NCBI RefSeq assembly: GCF_009914755.1
Contig: NC_060925.1
Origin: the human T2T-CHM13v2.0 reference genome, Homo sapiens
DNA: 64,000 bases
Strand: one strand, 5' to 3'
Shown here: piece after piece, positions 15,902 to 31,179 of the stretch
How positions within the stretch are numbered: position 1 is the first letter of the stretch
Layout of the letters: every line of letters starts with the position of its first letter
Notes under the pieces: model-generated
What the model was told of the DNA's origin: nothing
The model's database searches: none
The model's input: only the letters and a program-made list of their open reading frames with translations
Program-made: the position numbers and the translations under genes

Positions 15902-16802
15902 AGATGCCTGCCTTTTAAAGGGCCTCTTAGAAGCTTGCCAGAAAATGAGGAGGTTTAGGCTCAAGAGAAGGAGCAAAGTGTAACAAAAAGAGCACCAGGC
16001 AGTCAAGACCACTGACTTGCTAAGACCAAACCACTTTTTTATCTCCCTGTACCTTTGTATCTTCATCTGTAAGGTGGGGGTCACAGCTGTCCTAACTAGA
16101 ATTGATATGACCAATGCTTTCACACGTCATCTACAAATTATAGAACAGATGTTATAGGAATTTAGGAGGAAAAAAGTAAAATGTCTTAATGATCATGTAA
16201 AGCATTATGATTTCTTGCCCTAGGAGGAAGAGATGAGAGAGTTCGCTCTTCTATCCTATCATCTCTTAGGCTTGCAAAATATTAGAAAAGAGGAGGGAGC
16301 ACATACCTTACCGAGAATGCCCCAAGCCGAATGACTAACCCTTACCTGAAAAGAGGTAGTACCTTTCAGGTGTCTGAGCAGTTCATTTGATGCTGAGGTG
16401 GTGTGAGCACCTTCAGATTATTCTTTGGCAGTTGCCTAATCAGATTAGGGGCCAGGCAAGCTCAGCAGTTGCAGAGAACTCATACTCCGGAGAGTTCAAA
16501 ACTCAGACAGAAGTGGGGACGTCATGATATGTTTCCTAGTATTATAGCGATCCCACCTTAAACCTCAGGCCCCAACTCTGCACTGCCCTTTTGACTTTGT
16601 GCCAGCAGCTTAGCGCTTGACCTACTCTGTGTTTCTCTAGATAAGCCTGAGGCAAACAAATCTTTTCATTCTTTTCCACATGTGTTCTTCAGCCCCATGT
16701 GTTCTAATCTTATGCGACCTTTTCCATCAGTTGCCTATGGAAGTGGAAGAATCTCTCCGCTTTGGTACTGTGAAAAGAGGTTCAAAGTAAGGAAGGAATT
16801 CT

Positions 16803-17279
<477 letters not shown>

Positions 17280-17527
17280 GGAAGGAATTCTGACTCAGAC
17301 TGTCTTTTCTAATTCTCAAGAGACCCAAGACCCTATATGCTGGTGGTTATTGCTAATGGTTATAACCTAGCTAATGGTTATTGTTAATGAAGCTGCCTTA
17401 GAATTTTCCATTCTTTTGGTGGGGTGGGGGTTCCCTGGCAAGGAAAGATGGAAGGGCACATGGAGCTTATTGTTCTTCTTCTACTTAAAGGGCCTAATAA
17501 CAAAAGTTCATTAAGATCAAATTAGGC

Positions 17528-17833
<306 letters not shown>

Positions 17834-18299
17834 TTAGGCTTTCTCCCATCACTTAAGTGTCCTATTCCAGACACTGGATACCTTTCATCTAAGATTTCCA
17901 AGCACTATTTCTATAATTCCATTCCTTTATCACTTTCTTAGGGTGGTGCGAAAAGACAGGGCCCATTCTCTACCCAACTAAAGGTGGAAGGAACTGAGTC
18001 CTGAGAAGGCTAAGTAACATCCCTGTCTTCATGAAGCAAACATTGTAGTGGGTGAAGACAGAAAAGGTAAAATCCTCTGATTCCTAGTTCAACACTCTAT
18101 CAGCATTGTTCCCAACATCCTCTTGAAAGGTTAAGGAGTTCTACTTAAGGGTCAAGTTGGGTTTCTTGCTACTTTAGCCCTTCCCACTTCTTCCAGGCTT
18201 GGAGGAGAAGCTGAACTGGGGTGAAAACTCTGTGGTCCTGCCTGTGCCTATACCAGTCTGAATGAAGGGAGTTTGACACATTGCCTCAGGTTCTTTGTG

Positions 18300-19800
18300 G
18301 ATCTTCTTGTTTCCCAGATAAGAAGGGAGTACGATATTTTAAAAACAAATAGAGCCCTGCTTTCTTAACTCTTTGTAAGTCAGAGTAGTGCTAAAAATCT
18401 ATGTGGCGAGGAGGACGCAAAGGGCAAATTGGGAGAGGGAGGAGTATAAATCAACCTGCATCCCTGTGGAAGCTTCTGGGAAGAGGATTGTCAGGAATCG
18501 GCAAAGACTTTGGCTACATGTGACTTTGGAGGAGATCATTGATAAAAGAATCAAGTCCCTTATCTGATGGTTCTTGTGCTTCTTTGTTCACCTTCTAGAA
18601 GTAAGTGTGGCATCTATTTATTACAGAGAGGTTGGCCAGAGCTCCTTGCCACCCCCTGGTAACTGAAGTCGTCAGTGGGGACTACGTAACCGGGGCTGGG
18701 GTCCCATGTTCTGGTGCTGTGCTAAGAGTCCCTTCACATTTAAAAGGCTGATGTGTGGCAGTGACACCTGTCAGTGGCATGACACACAGCGGCCCCACTC
18801 TGAAACTGAGAAGGGGCCTCAGGATAAGTTCTCTTCCCACCTTCAGCCCTCCGTTTTGTCACCTACACCACACCCCCTAGTTAGCATGCGTGAGAGGTAA
18901 TGCATCTTTCTGAGGGGAGAAATGCTGGCCTCTCTCTGGTGCCTTTATTGAGCTGATGTGAGACTCTGGTGCTCACTCACAGGCTAGCTTGTCTCCCTTG
19001 CTAACCTTGCTGTGGCCCTATCCTCTATCTGAATTGAGAGGTATCTTACCGCTCCCACTCCAGAGAAACTTTAATGCTCAGGCTTCAAACTCCCTATCTT
19101 TCCTCCTCAGAGGTCCTTCTGTCCCCTTTACTAGAAAAAAAAAAAAGTTCACCCTGCGTCACCAACTGCCAAAGCATTTTACTCTCCTCTTCTCCCCAAA
19201 AGCCTCTTGGAGGAGGGTGGAGCTTAGCCTCAGAACAAAACTTGGTGCCGGCCAGGTTGACACCTGCACGGGCTGCAGAATTTCCGTACACCTGGAGGCT
19301 GAGTACTCTAACGGGCTTTGGAGGATTTTGACATCTTCTATCAAGTTGTCATTTCCATACACCTGGAGGCTGAGTACTCTAAGGGGCTTTGGAAGATTTT
19401 GACATCTTCTATCAAGTTGTCTTCCTTGTGTGTAAATGTGTGTGTTGGGAGTGGGAAGAGTGTGGGTTGTGGGAGAGGAAGGCAGACTGACAGGCCACCC
19501 TTCAGATCACTTAGATCTGAACTCCTTTTTCTGACCTCTTCTCATCTTTTATAGATAAGGTCAGACTAAAGGATCCTGTCACAGGTCCCTCAAATAGACA
19601 GGGAAAACATTAGAGCCATCAGAGGTCGTAACCATTTATTTCCAAGTTTCTGAAGCTGTGGGTTTTATGTTGCTTGGTTGGGAGAGGTGAGACGTGAAGA
19701 CTCGGGTATTGAAATTACTCCTCTACATTGGAGTTTACAGGCTGCAGGGGCCTCCCAGGAAGGAACGGGCCTCTCTTGAGTCAGCTCTCTAAGCTCAGGC
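18300..19800. promoter_or_regulatory. Erythroid enhancer/alternative promoter region upstream of exon 2 (GATA1/KLF1/E-box/AP-1 cluster)
   Basis: WGATAR at 18316, 18540, 18560(-), 19025(-), 19094(-), 19338(-), 19409(-), 19553; KLF1-type CCACACCC at 18868; TGAGTCAGC at 19777. Position matches the reported ATP2B4 erythroid enhancer (from memory). Boundaries are approximate. Confidence 0.75.
19280..19421 (+). repeat. 71-bp tandem duplication (2 copies, 3 mismatches)
   Basis: 19280-19350 vs 19351-19421 aligned by eye. Confidence 0.95.
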
Positions 19801-19940
19801 CTAGCTATCAGTTCAGCTCAGATCTCAACTGTCACTTAAACCCTTGTGCTTAGACTGGGTACCTCTTGCCCTTGCAGATGCTGGATACTTATGGCTGCTC
19901 TAATGGTTTCTTTTTGTCTATCTTTGAACCTTTATTCCAG

Positions 19941-20404
19941 AGATCCAGTTGTCATCGGTATCCAGGAAGCTCTCCTCTTCCTCCTCCTGACGTCTACTAC
20001 TACAGTTGCTGGTTGTTGCTAAGGTTGCTGCCATGGTAACATGCACATCCTGTTTACACCTTCATCTGGGCAAGTTGGTCTAAGCTAGGAACCTACCTAC
20101 CCTGGACAACTACTATCATCACCACCTGGGGACACCAATCATCGTGACACGGAGTCCACCTTCCACTCAGTTCCCCCATCCTCTTCCTCCTCTCGCTGCC
20201 AGACTTCATACGGAAGAAAGGATCTAGACTTCGGACGGCTACTCGGGAGCTTATTGCACAAGATATATTCAATCTATTCCCTCACTGGGCCCCCAGAGAA
20301 GCAAGAAGTAGGAAGAAGTTGAGACAGGGAGGCAGGAGACACTGGTCAGTTGAAGGGAAACGCTACATCTTCTCTGGTTGAGGGGCTTGGTAACAGCAGG
20401 CAAA
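19941..20404 (+). other. ATP2B4: ATP2B4 exon 2, 5'UTR portion (464 nt)
   Basis: Acceptor tttattccag| ends at 19940 and the exon runs continuously to the ATG at 20405; agrees with my recollection of an exon 2 start at c.-464. Confidence 0.8.
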
Positions 20405-20597
20405 ATGACGAACCCATCAGACCGTGTCTTGCCTGCCAACTCGATGGCCGAGAGCCGTGAAGGGGACTTTGGCTGCACAGTAATGGAACTGAGGAAGCTC
20501 ATGGAGCTGCGTTCAAGGGATGCACTGACCCAGATTAATGTCCACTATGGAGGTGTACAGAATCTCTGCAGTAGACTGAAAACCTCCCCTGTGGAAG
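20405..20597 (+). CDS. ATP2B4: PMCA4 exon 2 coding part (c.1-193; N-terminus)
   Basis: aaaATGa start, MTNPSDRV...KTSPVE; donor GAAG|gtaaag. Confidence 0.97.
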
Positions 20598-20788
20598 GTA
20601 AAGGCCATATCAGGGGTGGGGAGTTGGAGGAAGGTGGCTAGTGTTTCAAAATATTGTTTTCCCAGCTTCTAGAGAAGGCACATTTCTGGAGGCCCAGCTG
20701 GTATATTTTTGTCTGGTGGGAAAGGTATGGCATCTGAAGCACTGAAAGGAGGGCAGGCCATGAAGAACTGTATCTTTCCCAGAGATGA

Positions 20789-21177
<389 letters not shown>

Positions 21178-21431
21178 CCTCTTTTCTCCTTTTTCTGTAT
21201 CAGTGTCCAGAAAGGAGGATATTTATTTTTAAAATGTTTATGTTATAAATGTTGTTGTCAGTAAATAATCAAGTCTGTTCTTCTATATGTCTGATTATAA
21301 AATAATTTAATTCTTCCCTACACTGATCTTACAGTTTAATGAATGGAGGAAGGAAGGGTACAAAAAAGTGAATAAGTCCAGCTGCCCAATTGAGCACTTC
21401 TCTATTGTATACTGTTAGAAATGGGATGATA

Positions 21432-21895
21432 GGCCAAGCAGGTGGGTGGCTCACATCTCTAATCCCAGCATTTTGGCAGGCTGAGGTGAGAGGATCACTT
21501 GAGCCCAGGAGTTCCAGACCAGCCTGGGTGACATAATAACACCCCATCTCTATTTTTTTTTTTTTTTTTTTGGAGACAGAGTCTTGCTGTGTCACCCAGG
21601 CTGGAGTGCAGTGGAATGATCTTAGCTAACTGCAACCTCCGCCTCCCAGGTTCAAGCAATTCTCATGCCTCAGCCTCCTAGGCAGTTGGGACTACAGGTG
21701 TGTGCACCACCACGCCCAGCTAATTTTTTGTATTTTAGTAGAGATGGGATTTCACCCTGTGGGTCAGGCTGGTCTCGAACTCCTGACCTCAGGTGATCTG
21801 CCTGCCTTGGCCTCCCAAAGTGTTGGGATGAGGAGGCTTACAGGCATAAGCCACCACGCCCAGCCTCTATTTTAAATAAAAAGAAAAAAAAAAGG
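21432..21895. mobile_element. Sense FLAM/Alu monomer (21432-21551) with an antisense AluS (about 21552-21864) inserted in its tail
   Basis: Outer TSD AAATGGGATG(A/C)T; inner TSD TCTATTTT. Confidence 0.85.
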
Positions 21896-21982
21896 AAATG
21901 GGATGCTAAATCACAAGGTATATAACTGTACCCATCATATCTTTGGATCACTCACTGTTTTGTGTCAGGGAATTATAAGTGA

Positions 21983-22348
<366 letters not shown>

Positions 22349-22869
22349 CTTAATCTCTTCTTAAAAGCTAAAAAAACTTAAAAGATAATGAAAAATTCAG
22401 CTTCAGGCTTTGGCCCAGCCCAGTTGCCCAGTGTGCCATGGTATTATGAAATTTTGCCTCATCAAAATGTAGAAAGAACAAAAGGAAACTTGCTTTTTCA
22501 CTTTAGTCTGGTTTTAGCATCTCTGTAGCAGATTCTTACTTGGCCCTATACATCTGGCAGTTCATGGTTGAGTAGCATGAGATGGAGCAAAGATCTTGTC
22601 CATTAGGGGCTTTCAGTCTCATGTGGTCTCCTATTTCTGAATCTTCCTCAGAGGCCACAGCATATTTCTCACCAATTCTAAGAAGTTGTTACCCTTTGCC
22701 AGTGCTGTATTATAAGTTAGTGACTTGGAGCCTAGACTCTTTAGGATGAAAAAAGAGAAAGAGAGTTTTACATAGATATCTATACCTAGTTTATGTCTTA
22801 TTTTCTTTACAACCTAAGGGAGCTTCCCTACCTGTTTTCTTTACTTCTAGAATTTGGTTTCCTATCTCA

Positions 22870-23060
22870 TAGGCTTTGAGTTCAAATGATAGCTCCACCA
22901 TTTACTAACTAAGTAGCCCTCTACAGTTTACTCAGCCTCCCTGAGTCTGTTTCTTCTTTGAAAATAATGTTAATAACACCTAGCCCATAGAGTTACTGAG
23001 ATTAAATAATACATATACAGTGCTCATACTTATAATTAGGTGTTCAATAGATTAGTTTTC
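22870..23060. mobile_element. MIR-like SINE fragment
   Basis: gagttcaaat...agtttactcagcctccctgagtctgtttc...taggtgttcaata resembles the MIR core. Confidence 0.6.
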
Positions 23061-23803
23061 TCAGATTAAAACAGAGTCCATGCATCTGTAGATACTTGCC
23101 AGAACATGGGTGCCTATGGAGTGCAATGTTTTGTCCTATCTGGAGAGGTTACTGTGTGTGTAACTGCAACTACTGTCCATTTCATTTGCTCACTTCTTAA
23201 TCACAAAAAAAAAAAAAACCCTGGGTAAGGTGGCAATATCTAATTGCTTTCATGTGGCTCAGTCTTTGCCTTCTAATGGTAGTCCTTAATCATACCCCTT
23301 TGGGCTCTGTCTACTTCTTGCCAGCTAGATTTCTTTATTCAGTCACTTTTACAGCCGTACTGACTGCTGAGGGTCTGTTCTTAATTATATCTTCACTGAG
23401 ATTATGCAGTACTTTACAAACACCCATCAGAATTTAAACAGGATCTTTCTTTTTCCCTTCCTATGCTGTTCTTGATCCCTCTGGTCAGCTGTCTGTCTCA
23501 CAAACAGGAACTCGGGAGTCCAAAGAAGCTGGAACCTAGAGAACTCCTGACAGCAGGATTCAGGCTTTCCTCCAATTTTCCAGATCCCTTCCCAGAGCTG
23601 CCACTGTTTACTTTCTGATTCCCAGAGAGCTTCCTTTCCCAAAGGCCAACATATATTCTACTTTCTGTCAACATTGGATATCAAATGTTATAGACATAGC
23701 TAATGCTCTTGGATCCTTTCCCAGTCCTGGTTTCAGCCCCTTCCAATGGCAAGTGCTTCCCTCGTTACAGCCCCTGGCCATGCCTGTAGCCTAGGACTCC
23801 TAA

Positions 23804-24290
<487 letters not shown>

Positions 24291-24418
24291 CCAGTTTGTA
24301 GTAATGTAAGAGTTACCATAGGGCTTGTTCTGGAACTGGGGAGACGGTGTTGGAAAACAACCTTTCCATTAGTAATTTTTAGTCCCCAGTACCAACAGTG
24401 ACGTCCTAGTGTGTAAGA

Positions 24419-24520
24419 AGAATAAAGAGATAAGAAAAGGAGAAAAAAATAAGAAAGAAAAAGAAAGAAAAGAAAGAAAAGAAAGGAAGAAAGAAAGAAA
24501 AAAAAGAAAAGAAAAGAAGA
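24419..24520 (+). repeat. (GAAA/GAAAA)n purine-rich simple repeat
   Basis: About 100 nt of almost pure A/G. Confidence 0.9.
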
Positions 24521-25142
24521 TATAGAACAGCTAAGACATAGGAGTATCTACCCAGGCAAGGGTAATGCTCACCTGTTTAGTTAGGGTAGGCAGACAAAAG
24601 ATCCCCAATATGCTCATCCTATAAAAAGCCAGCCTGTTCATGGAAGGCCACACAGCCTGACAGCCTAGGAGAATTTTGTCATTGTGGGAGGTCCCAGTGG
24701 ACCAATAATAAGAATAAAGAAATGTACCTGGTGCTTGAATTCTGCTAGCTGGAAACCAAGGTGAAAGTGAAGATCAGAGATATTGTTTCCTAAAATATAA
24801 CCCTTTTCCTTTATTTTCTATGGACTGATAGCATCTTTAGTATAGATTGACAGAATTTTTTTTTAAACCATAGCTTTTAAGGGGGCTTATGGAACTTGAA
24901 GTTTATTACATTTCTGATACTAACATGGTTTTATTATCATAGATTTACACAATTCTAAAGGCAGGTGGGACTTAATTATCTCTTTTGGCTGGCCGCAGTA
25001 GCTCATGCATGTAGTCCCAGCACTATCTGTGCTTTAGCTAAGATACTCTGTGAGACTGCTCTAGCATAAGAAGCATTTAGAGCATTAATGGAGTATAAGT
25101 CAGAAGGCATGAAATATTCCATCCCATTCTACCTGGTGGTAA

Positions 25143-25837
<695 letters not shown>

Positions 25838-28800
25838 TGAGTATACATTAGCTAGTTAGAGTAAGAGGAGTTGCCCCAGTGGCCAAGAGTTGGTTAGACT
25901 TAAGAAGGCTTGGAGATGTTTAGCTACATGGCCTTCAGCAACAACCAGAAATAAGGCTGAGAGCATGAGCCAAAAAGAGAAGAAAATTTAGGGCAACAAG
26001 AAAGGGTGGGGGAGACATAAAAGAGAATACATGTTTACATCAAAGTAACTAAAGATTTCAGTCTTTATGTCTGTATATAAACAAAAGCAAAGATGCAGGG
26101 GTGAGACTGGAGCTCCTGGGCAAGCTGTGTTGCCTTGGGTTTATCAGGAGGGACAATCTGAGCATTTTGCACAATGGAATCCTTCTTGTTTGCTTGCTTC
26201 GTTCCCCATTCCAGTTTTTTCCCCCTCCTTTTATTGTCTCTTCTTTCCCTGTCCCATTCCCACCTCAACCAATCTTTCCAATCCCCAAAGAACAGAGCAG
26301 TTTGGTTGGTATAGGCTAGAAGATAGCCTTTTACCTTCTGTGTGGTTTCCTGTGGAGTCTCATGGCCTCGTGAGTGGAAGAAGCTTTTTGTGAATCTGGG
26401 ATGAAAATTACCTGTGGCTTAAGGGGAAGAAGGAAGAGGTATTTTCCTTAGTCTCAATACCCTTTTGTGTGAAGGAAAAAGGGATGGTCCTGGCGGCCTA
26501 GGTAGAGGTTATACGTGTTCTTTTTTCCCTGTAGAATTTTGCACATTGGTCCTTAGCTACGCTATCCTTTTTAGGAGGAAGAATGGTGTTTTCTGAGGAA
26601 GAGTTAGGCCAGCCCTTGGAGGCAAGGTCTGGGCCCAGAACAGAATGGGAAACAAGGGGAGCCTTGAATAAACAGCAAATTATTAACTGTAGGCCTTCTT
26701 TCAAAAGGCTGAAGGCTATTTTGGTTGAATTTGGATCTAAAAGATTGTTGGTGGAACTTTCTGTTTTATGTTCCTTCTGTACCCTTCTACTTCTTTTCTC
26801 CTCTGCAGAGTTGAAGGCGTGACAGTGAGATATTGAGGGCCTCCAATTCTTTTTCAACAACATTCAACTAATACTTAAAAACTGCTAGGTGCTAGGGACA
26901 CAAGGGTGAACATGACAGGTGCAGTGCCTCCTTCCATAGAGCTTACAGGCTAAAAGAAGATGCATATGAATGAAGGCAATTTCAGAAATCTTGCCATAGG
27001 GCTTCGATGAGGAAGAGCAGCGTCTATGGGAACACAGTGTAGGGACCTAAGCTGAAGGCATTGCAGGGGAGGGGAAGGGGGCTTAGAGCTGGAGACAGCA
27101 CACCTGTATCATTTAGGGATTACCCAGTGAAGCTCTAGCATGGCCACGCTCTATGATCATTGCTACCACCTGCTGAATATTCCTGGCATAAGATGCCAGC
27201 ATTTTTGCCTTCCTTAATTACTGGGTAGTTACTAGGTTTAGGGAGCTGAGATTCCTTGGGGAGTAAGTGGCAGGCGGGAAAAAAAATGTGTTTTAAGACG
27301 GCCAACCCAAATTACAATTTTGTTTTATTAGCTTGAGGATTTAGATGAACGTCTATCACCTTAAGATCTCTGGGGCTTAACTGTGTTCCCGTCACTGTGC
27401 CTTTTGAGGGCAGTGGCATGTTTTACCAGGAATTGTCCATTTTGCTACAAGCTGAGATGTACTGGGATTGGGCTCTTCCTCGGTGTAGCAGATTGAAATT
27501 TCTAGTAGTATTGTCAATCTGGAAAAAATTGAGTACATATCCCAAGTAAATGTTCACCTACAAGACTATTGCCTTACTATTAATACATCTAACACTTTTA
27601 TTTACATAATAAGATAGGCAAACATATATTTTCCTCACTCTAACAGATGGATGCATGCCCCCCGCTTAGAGACCGCTGCTCTAAAGCACGGTGGCGTTAG
27701 GGGGATGTGGAGGACTAGGTGAGTGAAGATGGGATGGAACAGATGTGAGAGGAAGATGGGCAACTGGGTTCTTTGAGATTTTTCTTCCCTATCTTTAGAG
27801 CTTATAGTCTGTTCTGGAATATCAATTTTTAGGAGCTCCTCCACTTGAGGTTAGAAGCATAACCTCTATTTTCCTCTTTCTTTGTGCCCTCTGCCCTGTA
27901 GCCATCATCTCTTGCCCCAACTCTACTAAGGATGGCAAATAAGTGACCCTAATAACAGTGATCTGGGCATGGCCTCAGAGATTAACATTCTGTGGTCCAC
28001 TCTGCCTACCAAATTTTGGGCAGATGGATTAGCACTAACTAATTCACGATGTGAGAAGGACTCAAGCCAAAAGTGTCCTCCCTCTGCCCCTCCCCATCCC
28101 CCACCACAGGGAACTCCACTTTGCATCCTAGGAATTCCCTGTCTGGTTTGAGTTTCATGCCTAGGGCTGAATTAGGCTTCTTGTAGGCTGTGGGTTCTCT
28201 CTTCCTAGCCCAGCCCAGGCTCTGCCAGTTCTTTTCTACTTAGCCCTCCTTGCCTAGAGCTGGGCTTCTGGGTTCACTGTCATAATGCTGTCCAGCTGGG
28301 GTCAGAGGGATCTTCACGAGGAGAGTAGCTAAGGCTTCCCCAACCTGGAAGCAGGAGGCTTCCCCTTCCTGCTTTCTCTCCTGGAGCCCTTTATGCTCCA
28401 TTCCTTTGACAACTCAGCAGCAACTGTTGCAAGTTTTTTGGGGGTCTGATTTGGTTTTTAACCTTCTCATTCTTGGCTTACATTGGACCATTAGCTGTTG
28501 GGAAGAAAAATAGCATTCCCTCCTTGGGTGAAGCAGATACTGCATCTACCGAAAGTGGGGCTTTCATTCTTATTATTTAGCTCCAAGGTGGGAATATGAC
28601 ACCAGATGGAAGCACATTCATGAAGTACAGAAGGTGGCAGAGTGGCAGAGCAGAAAGCTAACTAGAGAGCTCTAGGGAGACTTTTTTCCCTGGGCCACAG
28701 TTGCTGTTTTCAAAAAAAGGCCAAGAGCAGGGGGCGGGATAAAGGGAAGCATGCCCTGAGGAAGCGGCCCACCTTGGGAAGGGTTTTGCTGACCAGAATG

Positions 28801-29027
28801 AGAAAAGAAGCATTGTTCTCCAAGTTCATCATCCTCTGGCTGTGACCTTGAATCAACTGCTTTATCTCTAGGAGCTGGAAGTCTAGCAGATAGGGAGCAA
28901 ATCTCCAAGCCATGCGTGTATTAAACTGGAGGTGCTGAAGCAGGGAAACTGCTGTATACTCGGAAGAGTAGCATTCGGTTATTAGCCAGAGATGGCTAGA
29001 TCTTGCATGGCCCTATTTTGATTTTAA

Positions 29028-29690
<663 letters not shown>

Positions 29691-30992
29691 TAAGGAAGGA
29701 CTTAAAAGGTATTCTGCTGTCTGTCCTTCTCAAGTTCCAAAAGAGGACAGCCTTCAAATCAACCCAGAGAAAATTCTCCCTGGTACTATATGAGTGGGAG
29801 AAGATTCTGCTGCCTCCTTTGGCAAGGTGTCATAACTCAGACAGCTGGGAAGTCCCTCCTGATGTCTACCCTAGCCCCACCCTTTCTGGGGCTGAGCTGG
29901 TTCTGATAAGTAGTGCCTCTGCCGATGTCGTTGGCCCTTCCCTGCTGGAGCTAAGCCACTGAGGGTTGGGCTGCATTTCTCCTCCCAGGCCCTAGGTCCT
30001 GCACACTCATGGCAGACACAAATATTCCACTGCTGTTTATTCTATGTTCCCACCCAGCCTGGGCAGGGGCCGTGCACCTCCCCAGCATGGGGTGGGGGTG
30101 ATGACTTCACAGCTAAACATTCTCTTTGCCTCTCCCAGCTCATGTGTTCAGTCTGGTTCATAGGGCCAGAAGTACTCCCACTCTGGGTGGGGCTTTCTCT
30201 CTCATGTTCTTGAGGACAAGATTTCCCCTCAGTTTCCTGAGGAATTTCTAGGGGAAACCCTTTTCCTGTGTTTCCAGCATTCTCTCCCTGCCAAGTTTTC
30301 CTTCCCCTCTCCAGGAGGTTGTGTGAGCATCTGAGAAACCACTGCAGAGATCAGGGCCTTTTAGAGCCTTTTCCCAGGCTGGACAAGTATTTGTGTGAAA
30401 TTACAGCTGCTGAGATCAGGGCCTGAAAGACTCTCTAGGGCAGAAAGAATTGGAATGGAAAGCCCAAAACTGGGGATTGGCCGAGCTCCCAGTCCCACAT
30501 GGCTTTCCCATGCCTCACCACATGTCAGAGAGGATTCCCAAGGCTACTACAGCTAAGAGCCTTGACCTGCCCCGCCTTGCTGCAGGGCATACTGGGAACT
30601 GAGACAGCCACTTGACTTCTTAAGGTTGCTATTGTACAAGCTCAGGGTGACTTAAGGTGGAACACATAGATGAGTAGAAAATGGCAAAAAAAAGAAGCAA
30701 GCAAGTGACTTTGAGAGCATTTAGGTAAGAACAAGCCCTGACTTTTTATGTTTTCCATAGTGTATGTCACTTCATTTGCTTGGGTCCAAAAAAGGCCATA
30801 AGAAAGGTTTTATTGAGTACAAAATTCATAGGTTTGGACTCTGATGAACCTGATGGCGATGTTACCATCCCTGAGGCCAGGAAGAAAAAAGACAGGACTA
30901 ATCCACCCCAATTGTAGACAGTGGGAACAGCGCTGGCTTGCTTAGAGGTACAGAGGAAAGCAGCATGCAACCCTGCCCCGTGGTGAAGGAAG

Positions 30993-31107
30993 TAGGGTGG
31001 CCAACCATCCCGGTTTGCCCGGGACTGAGCGGGGTTCCCAGGAGGCAGAAACTTCAGTGCTAAAACCTGGCAAGTCCTAGGCAAACCAGGACAAGTTAGT
31101 CACACTA
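30993..31107 (+). mobile_element. MER81-like hAT-Blackjack MITE
   Basis: TAGGGTGGCCAACC...GTTAGTCACACTA terminal inverted repeats, about 115 bp; degenerate 8-bp TSD gaaggaag/gattgaag. Confidence 0.75.
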
Positions 31108-31179
31108 GATTGAAGCCTCAGCTGAGTGCAGCTGCCTCCATGTCCCAGCGTCCTCTGTATCTAGGTTGGCATCCAGTGG

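Noticed and set aside
19280-19421. Repeated units considered as a CRISPR-like array
   Set aside because: Only two abutting copies, no spacers, in a primate intron.
19501-19521. 8-bp inverted repeat TTCAGATC-actta-GATCTGAA
   Set aside because: Short enough to be expected by chance.
19861-19940. Alternative acceptor cccttgcag| at 19877 that would extend exon 2 by 63 nt
   Set aside because: The motif is plausible, but sequence alone gives no evidence that it is used.
20378-20404. In-frame upstream TTG start suggested by the ORF track (9-aa extension)
   Set aside because: Near-cognate start with no support; the ATG at 20405 gives the known N-terminus.
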